Part shown: in pieces, positions 47,014 to 55,928 of the stretch | Numbering within the stretch: the first letter of the stretch is position 1 | Layout: every line of letters begins with the position of its first letter | Source of the DNA: a virus | Length of the DNA: 64,000 nucleotides | IMG/VR virus record: IMGVR_UViG_3300037200_000088 | Location: 11,114 to 75,113 of that record | Reading direction: 5' to 3' (one strand) | Notes under the pieces: model-generated | The model's database searches: none | What the model saw: only the letters and a program-made list of their open reading frames with translations | Told to the model about the DNA's origin: nothing | Program-made: the position numbers and the translations under genes

Positions 47014-47345
47014 ATGACGCCTCCGCTCTTACGTGGCCTGCCCCGCCTGCGCTTCCCCTTGGGCTTCGTCAGCGCCGGGTGATCCGCTCCCCAGACCATG
47101 AGCGTTTCAGCCGCAGAGGCTTCAGCGAAGTAGATCGGCACGAATTTGACGGCCGCGCTCTCGCCGCGTTGGCGTCTGTAGCGATCGACGTGGCGAACGT
47201 CGAAATCAAAAGACGCATTCCGTACGATAACTCTCAGCGGCTCCGGCAATGCGTCGAACGTGTCCATGGTGACTTTTTGCTCGACCATGTTTTTGCCGAC
47301 GTGGTTGCCCCCTGTCTGGTTCATTCGGCTGCCTCCGGCGTTCAT
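47010..47345 (-). CDS. Hypothetical protein (DUF6525-like)
   Basis: [17 protein letters not shown]. Confidence 0.55.
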   Translation of the reverse strand: MNAGGSRMNQTGGNHVGKNMVEQKVTMDTFDALPEPLRVIVRNASFDFDVRHVDRYRRQRGESAAVKFVPIYFAEASAAETLMVWGADHPALTKPKGKRRRGRPRKSGGVI

Positions 47346-48370
47346 CGAACGCCTCTTTGGTCAAGCGCCGACCTGCCCGGCGCAGGCTCACCGGCAACCG
47401 GAATGACAACTGCCCCGCGCTCATGGGCCGGGCGGTCTGGCTTGAACGAGGTGACGCCGCGGTCGCGTTCGGCGGCGAGCGCGCGAGCGAGCGGGTTGAT
47501 CGGGCGCCGTTCGTCGACAAGGGCATTGATCGGCGCGGCTGGAGGTTTTGGCTTTGCCTTCGTTGCGCGCATGTCTCGTGCGGCGCTAGCGATGGACACG
47601 GCTGCGGCAGACGGTTGACAAATCGGCGATATTTTCGGGTTTGGTTGCGCAGGCGCTCTGTCAACCGGGGCAATGTCCCGTTTTTCTGCATCACCTGATG
47701 TCGAAGAATGAGACATGGCGACCGGGGGCTTTCCAACGATGCGACAACCTGCGCCGATCTCCACTTCCGCGACGCGCGGAGGATCGCCAGCGGCCCAAGC
47801 TTTCATCCTGGCAGCGGCGGCGGCCCTATCGTCTGCCGGCGGCGACAAAAAATGCGCCGCGGCGATCGGCGCAGGATTGCTGGCCACAGCGGGATTTTCA
47901 GGCTCAGAAACGGCAGTTTCGGCGCCGCCGGTTTCGAGGAGCGTGACGGTGAAAAGCGCGGGCGGGTCTGCCGCGGGCGCGGCGTCCACGATAACTTTCT
48001 CGGCCTCAAGCGAGGGCGTCAAAATTTCAGACACCGAGCGATCAGTCTCCGCAATCGCGCGCGCGAGCGCAGCTTTTACGATTCGGAGATCGGCCTCAAT
48101 CCACCATTTCCAAGAGCCCTTGGCGCGGGCGCTCGCCATCTCCGCACGGGAGTTGACCCGGCGTTGCTCTACTGTAAAGCCGCACAAAAGCGCGATCTTC
48201 CGATAGTCGACAGCGGGGAACGCCTCGATCAGCGCCGCGAACGCCAGCCACCGCGCCCGGCTTCCCATCGCGCCAGAGGCGATGTCGAGCGGGTCCTCAT
48301 CGTGAAGCGCGGCGGCGGCGACGATTGTCTGCGCAATCTCGATCAGCGTTGGGTTGACAGGGCTCGTCAC
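47342..48370 (-). CDS. Hypothetical protein
   Basis: Coupled ORF; C-terminal GEPAPGRSALDQR. Confidence 0.65.
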   Translation of the reverse strand: MTSPVNPTLIEIAQTIVAAAALHDEDPLDIASGAMGSRARWLAFAALIEAFPAVDYRKIALLCGFTVEQRRVNSRAEMASARAKGSWKWWIEADLRIVKAALARAIAETDRSVSEILTPSLEAEKVIVDAAPAADPPALFTVTLLETGGAETAVSEPENPAVASNPAPIAAAHFLSPPADDRAAAAARMKAWAAGDPPRVAEVEIGAGCRIVGKPPVAMSHSSTSGDAEKRDIAPVDRAPAQPNPKISPICQPSAAAVSIASAARDMRATKAKPKPPAAPINALVDERRPINPLARALAAERDRGVTSFKPDRPAHERGAVVIPVAGEPAPGRSALDQRGVR

Positions 48371-48852
48371 GCGGCGGACCTTTCTTCGATCCGGGCGCCG
48401 GGCCTTTTTGCAGGCAACACCATGCGCCGCGCGATATGCGCCCCGTCAGCAAGCGCGTCGGCGAGAATTCGCTCAAGCACCTTCTCGCGAGACACCCCGG
48501 CCTCGAGCGCGAGTTTGTCGAGCTGCGTCACATGCCGATCGGCGACCCACGCGGAGACACGGCGGAACCCGGCGCGTTGCACGAGCGCGTGGCCCCAACG
48601 CTTGGCGTGGCGCTGAAGACTGCGAAGGGAAATTTTCAACCGGGCGGATATCTCCTCTGGCTTGTCGCCGATCGAAAGCCGCTGATTGACCAATAGCGCT
48701 TGCGCAACGCGCTCCCGGCGCCGGAGAGTCCGCCCAGTGGCTCGCGCCGCGTCTGCGGCGATCCGCGCGGCGTTCTCTTCAGGCGTCATTAGGGCGATCG
48801 TGGCCAAGCGCGCCGCGCGAAGCATCTCCCTCCAAGGCGCGTCAGGCTGCAT
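48367..48852 (-). CDS. Hypothetical DNA-binding protein (HTH plus RHH-like)
   Basis: PEEISARLKISLRSLQR; LDKLALEAGVSREKVLERIL. Confidence 0.6.
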   Translation of the reverse strand: MQPDAPWREMLRAARLATIALMTPEENAARIAADAARATGRTLRRRERVAQALLVNQRLSIGDKPEEISARLKISLRSLQRHAKRWGHALVQRAGFRRVSAWVADRHVTQLDKLALEAGVSREKVLERILADALADGAHIARRMVLPAKRPGARIEERSAA

Positions 48853-49192
48853 TCTTCGCGCACTCCGTTCCGAGACCTGACGCAAAAGCCGGACGCAACG
48901 CACCTGCAAAGATTTGGGCGATCTCGGCGTCGAACTCTTGCCGGATCGTCGAGATAAACTTGGGCTTGCCGTCTTTGTCCGCAGCGCGATCCTCGAGCCT
49001 GATCTCAGCGCGGGACTTGATGAGCTGGAGCGCCGTCGCCAGGCCATCCCAAAGCTCGGCGTCGAGCAGGACCTCGCGACACTCAGTATCTTCGTAACAG
49101 CCTGCGGTATCGCGCCCGTGCCGCGCGCGGTCCTGAAGGCGCGCTATCGTTGCGGCGAGGACTTCCCGGCCTGGCGCGGTGGCGAGGCTCAT
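48842..49192 (-). CDS. Hypothetical protein
   Basis: Coupled ORF. Confidence 0.55.
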   Translation of the reverse strand: MSLATAPGREVLAATIARLQDRARHGRDTAGCYEDTECREVLLDAELWDGLATALQLIKSRAEIRLEDRAADKDGKPKFISTIRQEFDAEIAQIFAGALRPAFASGLGTECAKNAA

Positions 49193-49500
49193 GCCGTCCC
49201 CTGCACTCTGCGGAGGGTCGCCCAGACCTCGCGTATCGCCTCGCTGTCTTCCAAGGTGGACTCGGCCGGATCGCGCTGGTCTCGTTTGACGCACCGCATC
49301 ACGGCCCAAACCGCGTCCGAGTGCGCCTGTGCGTCCTTCAGAGCCCGATCCATGGTTTCGATGAGGTTGGCGCTCGGTCTGCGCGGCGGGGCCGGTCGAT
49401 CTGGGATAAACGCCGCCCCGGCGCCGCCGGCTGCATCTTGCCTATGCCGCTCTTGCTCCTCCACGTTCGCCATTGCGGTGCTCAATGCGGAATCGGTCAC
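49189..49500 (-). CDS. Hypothetical protein
   Basis: GGAGG RBS; GTG start overlaps the upstream stop. Confidence 0.55.
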   Translation of the reverse strand: MTDSALSTAMANVEEQERHRQDAAGGAGAAFIPDRPAPPRRPSANLIETMDRALKDAQAHSDAVWAVMRCVKRDQRDPAESTLEDSEAIREVWATLRRVQGTA

Positions 49501-50084
49501 GCCGCCCTCCGTTCGCGCTTCTGGCGCGCCGTGTTGAAATCGAATGGGTTGAGCCCGAGAGAGATCGGGTCGAGATGCGGGACGGCGCGCGGCGCGACTT
49601 CGTTGCAGGCCCAGAGGAACAGACCGGCCGCATCGGCTTCGTCGTAATTCTTTGGTTCCCAGCCGAGCGCGCGGCAAACCTGCATGACCGCCGGCTTGGC
49701 GATCTGACTGCGGACGTTGCCCTTCCCAATCACAAATTTGCGGACGCGCTGAATATTCCCGAAGCGGAGATCAATCGACCGAAGTTTGCACGCGCCGCCG
49801 ATCGCTCCGATCAGGGCGAACTTGAGTGCCGTCGCCCAGGCGTTGGTTTGCGAGCCCAGCGCCTGCTCCGGTATCGGGGCCTCGATGACGACGCGATCAA
49901 ATTTCTCAACCCGAGTGAGATCGGCAAACCACTGGATCGCGCGCGCCGTCGCCTCGGCAACGCCGTCCATCGATGCGCCTTCGCCTTCGCGACTGAAGCG
50001 GATCGATCCCAAAACAGGCTTGCTTCCTGGCTCACCGTGGGCGGACCCCGTGTTTGTAGCTACGTCAAGCGCGAGTATCCTCAT
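49497..50084 (-). CDS. RuvC-like Holliday junction resolvase
   Basis: MRILALDVATNTG; VVIEAP; DEADA. Confidence 0.8.
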   Translation of the reverse strand: MRILALDVATNTGSAHGEPGSKPVLGSIRFSREGEGASMDGVAEATARAIQWFADLTRVEKFDRVVIEAPIPEQALGSQTNAWATALKFALIGAIGGACKLRSIDLRFGNIQRVRKFVIGKGNVRSQIAKPAVMQVCRALGWEPKNYDEADAAGLFLWACNEVAPRAVPHLDPISLGLNPFDFNTARQKRERRAA

Positions 50085-50716
50085 TGGCTGAGCGCCCGCT
50101 CGATCGGCCATCCGAGACGGACGTGGCGGGAATAGACTGTCTGATAAAATGAAGTTTTTGAGCCGCCGCAAGCATCGGCCAGACTCATGTGCTGTCCGTT
50201 AATCGTCACGTAGACATTTCTTCGAGTGTTGTTTGCCTGCTCGACTGTTGTGGCCCAACGACAGTTTTCCGGCTCATAGTTTCCGTTGGTGTCGATGCGC
50301 TCTATCGAGTGCGCTCCGCTCGGGCGCCGCCCCATGTCTGAGAGAAAGTTTGCGAAGTCGTCCCACCGTGAGCAAACCTCGATGCCGCGGCCCCCGTACA
50401 TATGGAAGTGGCTGTCGTTTTCGTTGCGACAACGCTTTCGAAGCCCTTCCCACACTGAATATTCTGCGGTCTTTTTTCCCGCCGCGTCCCCATGCTTCGT
50501 GTACATCAAGACTGTCTTTTCTGAGTTGTAACACCCGCAACTCAGTGTCAGTCCCGAACGGATGGATGCAATTATGATGGATTTTTCTATGCCGCAGTCG
50601 CAACGGAAAAGCCCAACCGACTTCCCTGACGGGCTATGATCTTCCGCCTCCAAATAGGTGAGACGAGTGAATCGCTCGCCCACGGCTGGATAGATGCGCG
50701 GCTTGTATTTGCTCAT
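50081..50716 (-). CDS. Free-standing HNH homing endonuclease
   Basis: CDCG..SCGC; YGGRGIEVCSRW..F..FLSDMG.RP..HSIERIDTNGNYEPENCRWAT..EQANN. Confidence 0.9.
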   Translation of the reverse strand: MSKYKPRIYPAVGERFTRLTYLEAEDHSPSGKSVGLFRCDCGIEKSIIIASIRSGLTLSCGCYNSEKTVLMYTKHGDAAGKKTAEYSVWEGLRKRCRNENDSHFHMYGGRGIEVCSRWDDFANFLSDMGRRPSGAHSIERIDTNGNYEPENCRWATTVEQANNTRRNVYVTINGQHMSLADACGGSKTSFYQTVYSRHVRLGWPIERALSQ

Positions 50717-51240
50717 TGAAGAGCGCCACCAGCAAGATCGTCGAGCGCGCCGGAGCGCTTCTTGCGTGAGGCCTTGGCCTTTTCCGCCGTGTCAGCCTTC
50801 ATGCCGGCGAGATTCGCTTGCGCGTCGGCTTGACGCTGCGCCTCGCGGTCCCTCTGGGGTCTGCTGCGAAGGTCTTTGTCGTCGTCAGGCGAGCCGCCAG
50901 CTGCGGCGCCGAGCCCGGTTCCAGCCAAGCCCCTATCGCCGCCAAGCGCGTCGTCGATCATGTCGGCGGTCTCGACGACTTCGGGCTCGGCGTCGTCTTC
51001 GTGCGCCTTCAGTTTGCCGGAAAGGACACGGCGTTTCAGCAGGTGATTGAGGCCCCGGCGCGGGACGCCGGCATTCTCAGCGGCTTTTTTCAACTCCCCG
51101 ATCTGATCTCGGACCCCCTTGCAGCGGTTCATGTAAGCGCCGCGCAAGGATTCCAATTCATCGAACTTGGACTCGATCTCGCCGACCCATCGTTTCGCGA
51201 CTGTCGGATCAATGCCGTTCGTTTGCTGATCTTCGCTCAT
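50713..51240 (-). CDS. GapR/DUF2312-like nucleoid protein
   Basis: WVGEIE...DQIGELKKAAENAGV...LLKRR pattern. Confidence 0.55.
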   Translation of the reverse strand: MSEDQQTNGIDPTVAKRWVGEIESKFDELESLRGAYMNRCKGVRDQIGELKKAAENAGVPRRGLNHLLKRRVLSGKLKAHEDDAEPEVVETADMIDDALGGDRGLAGTGLGAAAGGSPDDDKDLRSRPQRDREAQRQADAQANLAGMKADTAEKAKASRKKRSGALDDLAGGALQ

Positions 51241-51842
51241 GCGTGGCTCCTTGCGATGCGTAATGTGGTTGATGTGACGCCAACAGGCAGCCGCTCACCG
51301 TAACGGCCGCGCGGCCTGCGATATTTTGGCTGAGTTCCGAGATCGGCGTGTTCGTCGCAAAACGAAGCGCGGAAATGGGAGCGCGCGCCGCAGTAAAGCT
51401 GCTCGTCGTCATCCGAACGCGCGAGCGGCCATCTGCACATGCACTTTTCGAGCTGGAAGAATGTGACGGGATTTGACCCAGCGATCGGCTGCGAGCTGGA
51501 GACTTCCTTCGCGGGCGGCACGGCGTCAGAGTTTGGAATTGCCGGCGCATCCTTGCCCGCAGGGCCGGCGTCTACGGACAGAGCAACCAGGGGCGTCGCT
51601 TGAGGCTTCGCCTTGACGGTCGCGCAAGCTTTGGGTTCGGGTAAGACGTGAGGGGCGGACGACCGAAGCGGCAGGCGGGGCAACTCAATGTCGTTGCCCT
51701 TCAGCCTCACGCCGGGCAAGCGCGAGCACTTGGCAACGATCGCGCTACGCGACCGATCCATGATGGCCGCGATCTTTCCTGACGAAAGCCCATCGTCGGC
51801 AAGTTGACGGAGCCTTTTCTCGGATTGCGCGTCCCAACTCAT
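51237..51842 (-). CDS. gcrA: GcrA-family cell-cycle regulator
   Basis: MSW...LRQL..DGLSSGKIA..SRSAIVAK..RL; L..CMCRWP..YCG..SFCDEH. Confidence 0.88.
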   Translation of the reverse strand: MSWDAQSEKRLRQLADDGLSSGKIAAIMDRSRSAIVAKCSRLPGVRLKGNDIELPRLPLRSSAPHVLPEPKACATVKAKPQATPLVALSVDAGPAGKDAPAIPNSDAVPPAKEVSSSQPIAGSNPVTFFQLEKCMCRWPLARSDDDEQLYCGARSHFRASFCDEHADLGTQPKYRRPRGRYGERLPVGVTSTTLRIARSHA

Positions 51843-51910
51843 GCTACCAGCCCATCCTCTCAACTATCGAGCGCATCAGCCGCGCGATCCAACGCAAAGC
51901 GGCAACCAAT

Positions 51911-52099
51911 TCACCGCTCGAACAGAAACCCGCGGAACCGCCAGCCCATCCAAACAAGCTCCGTGATCCACACGGCCTCGACGACGCGAAGGGCCGCCAT
52001 CATCTCATCTCCGAATAAAGAGGCGACGCCGAAAGAAAGGAACGAAGGCGCCGCCAGTGAACGGACGCCGTGGGGTGTAGCGTCCGCAAGCTTGTTCAT
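51911..52099 (-). CDS. Small hypothetical protein
   Basis: Coupled ORF. Confidence 0.4.
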   Translation of the reverse strand: MNKLADATPHGVRSLAAPSFLSFGVASLFGDEMMAALRVVEAVWITELVWMGWRFRGFLFER

Positions 52100-52407
52100 G
52101 CGTCGACGGGCTCGCGGTTGCTCAGCGGTTCGAGAAGCTTCGTGAAAACGGAGATATCGGCGTTTTGGTCGACGACAGGTCGGAAGACGCGCTCATTGAA
52201 ATCCGGCTCACAAATGCCAAAGTTTCCGTATCGCCGGCGTCTGTTTCTGATTTCTTCGAGCATGAACCCGACGAACCCCTCGTACGGGCGGATTTCCCGG
52301 ATCGTGTAGACATGCCCGTCAACCGGAAGTTTCTCAGTTCCGTGGCCGAGCGCGGCCCAAGGACCGCGAACGTGAACGACCTTCTGCCCGACGTACCAAT
52401 CGCTCAT
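52096..52407 (-). CDS. Hypothetical phage protein
   Basis: VGQKVV.V...G.VYTIREI..LEEI.N...FRPV. Confidence 0.65.
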   Translation of the reverse strand: MSDWYVGQKVVHVRGPWAALGHGTEKLPVDGHVYTIREIRPYEGFVGFMLEEIRNRRRRYGNFGICEPDFNERVFRPVVDQNADISVFTKLLEPLSNREPVDA

Positions 52408-52459
52408 TGCGTCACCCTCGCAGCCCGAACTCGCGCCAGACGCTCGGAAGCGGCGGCGC

Positions 52460-53071
52460 TCACGCTGCCTGCTCCGCATCAAACAAAGGCATTCCGTGCA
52501 TGACTCTTTGTAGCGCCGGCAGGGGATCAGGCATGTCGGCCGGCTCCAGTCGAAGCGCCAACAAGCCACCCTTGGTCTCGCCGACTTCACGGAAGCCGGC
52601 CTTCCGATACGTCCAACCGAAGGTGCGCTGCCCGTGAACCATCGTCGGCCTTACCTTCGTCCGATCAACGAAAGTGACCATGCCGAGTTCGGGCGGATTG
52701 CCGTAGTGCGCGAGGGTCGCCGCCACCGCGAGGCGTATCAACTCGGAAGCCCTTTCGCCGCCCTCATTGCGAAAGGCCGAGCAAACCCAAGCGCCGGCCC
52801 AAGCGTGTTTGACGAATTGAGCGAACGGCGCCGAAGTGATCCAGAACGCCTTCGCGTCCCCAGTGATAAGCACGACGCAGGAACCGGGCGGTGCAAACTG
52901 CGGCGTTCCCGGTTTCTGGCGATTGTAGTGCCGGTCGGCGAGCCTGGCAGCTGCCGGGTCGGCCCGATTGGATAAATGCCAAAGCTGGCCACCGCCTGTC
53001 ATCTCGCGCGGGTCTCGCCCGCACTTGGAGCCGTCCGAGATCGTGATGAGGGGCGTCGGCATGCGCGTCAC
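52460..53071 (-). CDS. Mom-like GNAT-fold DNA modification protein (putative)
   Basis: RHY.R...FRNEG..ASELI..A...GMVTFVD...G.TYRKAGFREVGET. Confidence 0.5.
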   Translation of the reverse strand: MTRMPTPLITISDGSKCGRDPREMTGGGQLWHLSNRADPAAARLADRHYNRQKPGTPQFAPPGSCVVLITGDAKAFWITSAPFAQFVKHAWAGAWVCSAFRNEGGERASELIRLAVAATLAHYGNPPELGMVTFVDRTKVRPTMVHGQRTFGWTYRKAGFREVGETKGGLLALRLEPADMPDPLPALQRVMHGMPLFDAEQAA

Positions 53072-53307
53072 TCCGCCGCGATGGGCTGGCGAGAAAACAC
53101 TTGAGCGAGCGCAATGACCGTCGGCGGCTCCGCGTTGTTGCTAAATTCGATCACGGAAACGGCTTCATTTGGATAATTACGGGCCACCGCCGCGTTCATT
53201 TCGTCCAAGGAGCGGCCGTGTCGGATAACCCTTCCAACCACGCCCTCCCATTTGAGGACGATCCAAACACGGCGATCCTCGCGAGGCATAGAGGCTTCCG
53301 CGCTCAT
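53068..53307 (-). CDS. Hypothetical protein
   Basis: Coupled to cro. Confidence 0.55.
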   Translation of the reverse strand: MSAEASMPREDRRVWIVLKWEGVVGRVIRHGRSLDEMNAAVARNYPNEAVSVIEFSNNAEPPTVIALAQVFSRQPIAAE

Positions 53308-53549
53308 TCGGCCGCCTGGACGTGCGGCGGTTCGGACTCGTCAGGCTGATGCTCGGAGTCTTTCAGGCCGAAGAAATCGTTGGCATCAACAAGACCCTCC
53401 GTGGCGCCGAAGATACGGGCCATCGTCTTCCGATCAGGGATGCGCTCGCCAAGGCAGTATCGGCGCACGGCCTGCGGACTGACGCCGATCCGCGGGCCGA
53501 AGTCGACCGCCTTGATATTCCGCTCAGCGAGGAAATCGGAAAGCTTCAT
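53304..53549 (-). CDS. cro: Cro-like repressor
   Basis: MKLSDFL...IGVSPQAVRRYCLGERIP..I..ATEGLVDANDF; divergent from cI. Confidence 0.88.
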   Translation of the reverse strand: MKLSDFLAERNIKAVDFGPRIGVSPQAVRRYCLGERIPDRKTMARIFGATEGLVDANDFFGLKDSEHQPDESEPPHVQAAE

Positions 53550-53558
53550 GCCGGATAG

Positions 53559-53628
53559 AAAAACACCACAACGGTGTTTTTGTCAAGCGGAGAAAAACAC
53601 CAAACTGGATTATCGCCAAAATGGTGTT
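53559..53628. promoter_or_regulatory. OR operator region (three AACACC-N5-GGTGTT-type sites) with the PR -35 TTGACA
   Basis: Perfect site 53562-53578; degenerate sites 53596-53612 and 53612-53628; TTGACA on the minus strand at 53586-53581. Confidence 0.85.
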
Positions 53629-53646
53629 TTCGTTCGACAATTTGGC

Positions 53647-54231
53647 ATGGATGCGGAAAGCGAAAATGGCGTGCTCCAAGAGGCGCGTAAAAGCGCGGGG
53701 ATGACGCGCAACAAACTGGCGTCGCTCGCCAACACCTCTGCGCAGCAGATCGAAAAGCTGGAAAAAGGTATGCGCGAGATGACGCGCGCATGGGCCGAGA
53801 GGCTCGCTCCGCACCTTGGCGTCTCGGCCCAATACTTGGTGTTTGCCGATAGTCGAAAGGTTCACGTCGTCGGGTTCGCCGCCGCGGGAAGCGATACTCT
53901 GATCTTTGCCGACGCGCAGGGGCCTTTCGACGAAGTCGACGCGCCGGCCTGGGCCACCGAACGCACCGTCGCCGTGCAGATCCGCGGAACGTCCCTCGGG
54001 CGCCCGTTCAACAATTGGCTCGCGTTTTACAACGACCGACACGATCCGCCCGACGAAAGCCTGATCGGGGAACTGTGCATCTGTGGCCTGGCCGACGGCC
54101 GCGTGATGATCAAGACCCTGCAAAAGGGCAGCTCGAAGGGACGGTATCATCTCGAATCGCTGACTGAGCCGACGATTCCGGATCAACACGTCGAGTGGGC
54201 TGCAATCGTCGAGGAGATGCGGAGAAGATAA
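53647..54231 (+). CDS. cI: CI repressor (HTH plus S24 peptidase-like domain)
   Basis: RKSAGMTRNKLASLANTSAQQIEKLEKG; VVGFAAAG; RGTS; VMIK. Confidence 0.9.
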   Translation: MDAESENGVLQEARKSAGMTRNKLASLANTSAQQIEKLEKGMREMTRAWAERLAPHLGVSAQYLVFADSRKVHVVGFAAAGSDTLIFADAQGPFDEVDAPAWATERTVAVQIRGTSLGRPFNNWLAFYNDRHDPPDESLIGELCICGLADGRVMIKTLQKGSSKGRYHLESLTEPTIPDQHVEWAAIVEEMRRR

Positions 54232-54298
54232 GCTCAGGCAATTTCGAAAAAAACGTCGCCGGAGAAATCGCGCGCGGCCAATGAGAGGACAGTTCCCG

Positions 54299-54622
54299 AT
54301 GGCGAATATAAACGTACGACGGGACCAGGACCTTGTTGTGATAACGATTGAAGTTCCTGGGCGAGATCCGACGACATTGAGTATGCCGTTGGACATGGCA
54401 GTTCAGGTTGGCGCGGCAATGATTGGCTGCGTTGGCTCTCAGGGAGGCCCACTATTCGATCAATCACAAATGTTGGCAATGCATAATCCTCGCTTCGAAA
54501 TCAGAAAATCCGATGTAGGACAAACCTTAATCGCGTTCGGCAATAATGACACGCGTCCAATCGTCATTCAACTAGATCCGGGCGTTGCGGACGATTTTCT
54601 AGCTACTCTCGCGCGTGGGTGA
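54299..54622 (+). CDS. Hypothetical protein downstream of cI (lysogen-expressed accessory candidate)
   Basis: GAGG RBS; lower GC than its neighbours. Confidence 0.6.
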   Translation: MANINVRRDQDLVVITIEVPGRDPTTLSMPLDMAVQVGAAMIGCVGSQGGPLFDQSQMLAMHNPRFEIRKSDVGQTLIAFGNNDTRPIVIQLDPGVADDFLATLARG

Positions 54623-54874
54623 GATCGGAGCTTTACCGAGATAGTGTGCAGCGTCGGCGTTAGTCGCGCCCAAAGGCGCGCCGCCTCGACGCTCACGAAC
54701 CGGGGCCTGCCGGACTTAGCATCCCTCCGGTAGCCCTTCGTCGAGCACCAATCCCTCTAAGATAGGAATCTAACTAAACCCGCGCGCGTTCTTTAGCGCT
54801 TATCGCGTGCGCGCGTGGGCGGGGGAGGATTTCCTCCGGCCGAGCTTTGTCAATTCTGCGTCGCGGAAAAAATA

Positions 54875-54930
54875 AACACCGACTTGGTGTTTTCTCGCTT
54901 GACTGAACACCGTTTCGGTGTTTTCATAGC
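54875..54930 (+). promoter_or_regulatory. OL operators and PL promoter
   Basis: Perfect AACACC-N5-GGTGTT at 54875-54891 and 54906-54922, flanking TTGACT at 54899-54904. Confidence 0.85.
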
Positions 54931-54994
54931 ATCCGTTGAACCCCCCGATCCCCGCCATCCAAAGGCAGCGGGACGGAGGCGACCGGAGGCGAAG

Positions 54995-55852
54995 ATGGCG
55001 AAGCGGGTGCCCAAGGCAAAACCAACGGGAGACGTGCCGGCCGCCGAGGTTGTCGCGGTCGAGGAAGCCGCTGAGCCCGCTGTTCAATCGATCAAGGGCC
55101 TCAATCAGGATTTCGCCTGTCGCGGGTTTCAATTCGAGATCGGCAAGAGCTACGAGGTCACAGGACGCATCGCGGCTTGTGAGAACGGCTTTCACGCCTG
55201 CCCGACCGAAGAGCATCCTTTCTCCGTTTTCGAATACTACCCGCCGTCGTCGCGCTTCGCGCTCGTGACGCAGGCCGGTAAGTCCGATCGTCAGGGGAAC
55301 AAACTCGCATCGGCGAAAATCACAATCGACGCCGAAATCTCTCTCGGCGATCTCGCGAAACGCGCCATTGATTGGGTCTTCAAACAAGCGAAGTGGTCGG
55401 AAGGCCCGGTTGCTACGAAGCCTAATGAAGGCGTGACGGCGAGCGGCTATCGGGGCGCGGCCACGGCGAGCGGCGATCGGGGCGCGGCCACGGCGAGCGG
55501 CTATCGGGGCGCGGCCACGGCGAGCGGCGATCGGGGCGCGGCCACGGCGAGCGGCTATCGGGGCGCGGCCACGGCGAGCGGCGATCGGGGCGCGGCCACG
55601 GCGAGCGGCAATCAGGGCGCGGCCACGGCGAGCGGCAATCAGGGCGCGGCCACGGCGAGCGGCGATCAGGGCGCGGCCACGGCGAGCGGCTACGAATGTA
55701 AGGCTCGCGGCAAAGCAGGCAATGCGCTCTTCGCTGTTGAGCGGAACGACGATTACGAAATCATCAGCGTTGCTTGCGGGATCGTCGGCCGCGACGAGAT
55801 CGAAGCAGACGTTTGGTATCTGGCGCGCGCTGGAAAGCTCGTCCGCGCCTAA
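54995..55852 (+). CDS. DUF7666-like phage protein with a nonapeptide repeat (beta-solenoid)
   Basis: KGLNQDFACRGFQFEIGKSY..ACENGFHAC; GAATASGxx repeats. Confidence 0.8.
   Translation: MAKRVPKAKPTGDVPAAEVVAVEEAAEPAVQSIKGLNQDFACRGFQFEIGKSYEVTGRIAACENGFHACPTEEHPFSVFEYYPPSSRFALVTQAGKSDRQGNKLASAKITIDAEISLGDLAKRAIDWVFKQAKWSEGPVATKPNEGVTASGYRGAATASGDRGAATASGYRGAATASGDRGAATASGYRGAATASGDRGAATASGNQGAATASGNQGAATASGDQGAATASGYECKARGKAGNALFAVERNDDYEIISVACGIVGRDEIEADVWYLARAGKLVRA
55427..55696 (+). repeat. 27-bp coding tandem repeat, 10 units
   Basis: GGCGCGGCCACGGCGAGCGGC plus a variable hexamer (TATCGG/GATCGG/AATCAG/GATCAG). Confidence 0.95.
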
Positions 55853-55928
55853 CCCCAACAACCATCCCCCTCCCCATCCAGCCATATCGGCATCCATGGG
55901 GACGGGGAGAGATAGCGGAGAGCGGAAG

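Noticed and set aside
55427-55696. CRISPR-like array
   Set aside because: Units are contiguous, in-frame coding and have no unique spacers; no cas genes
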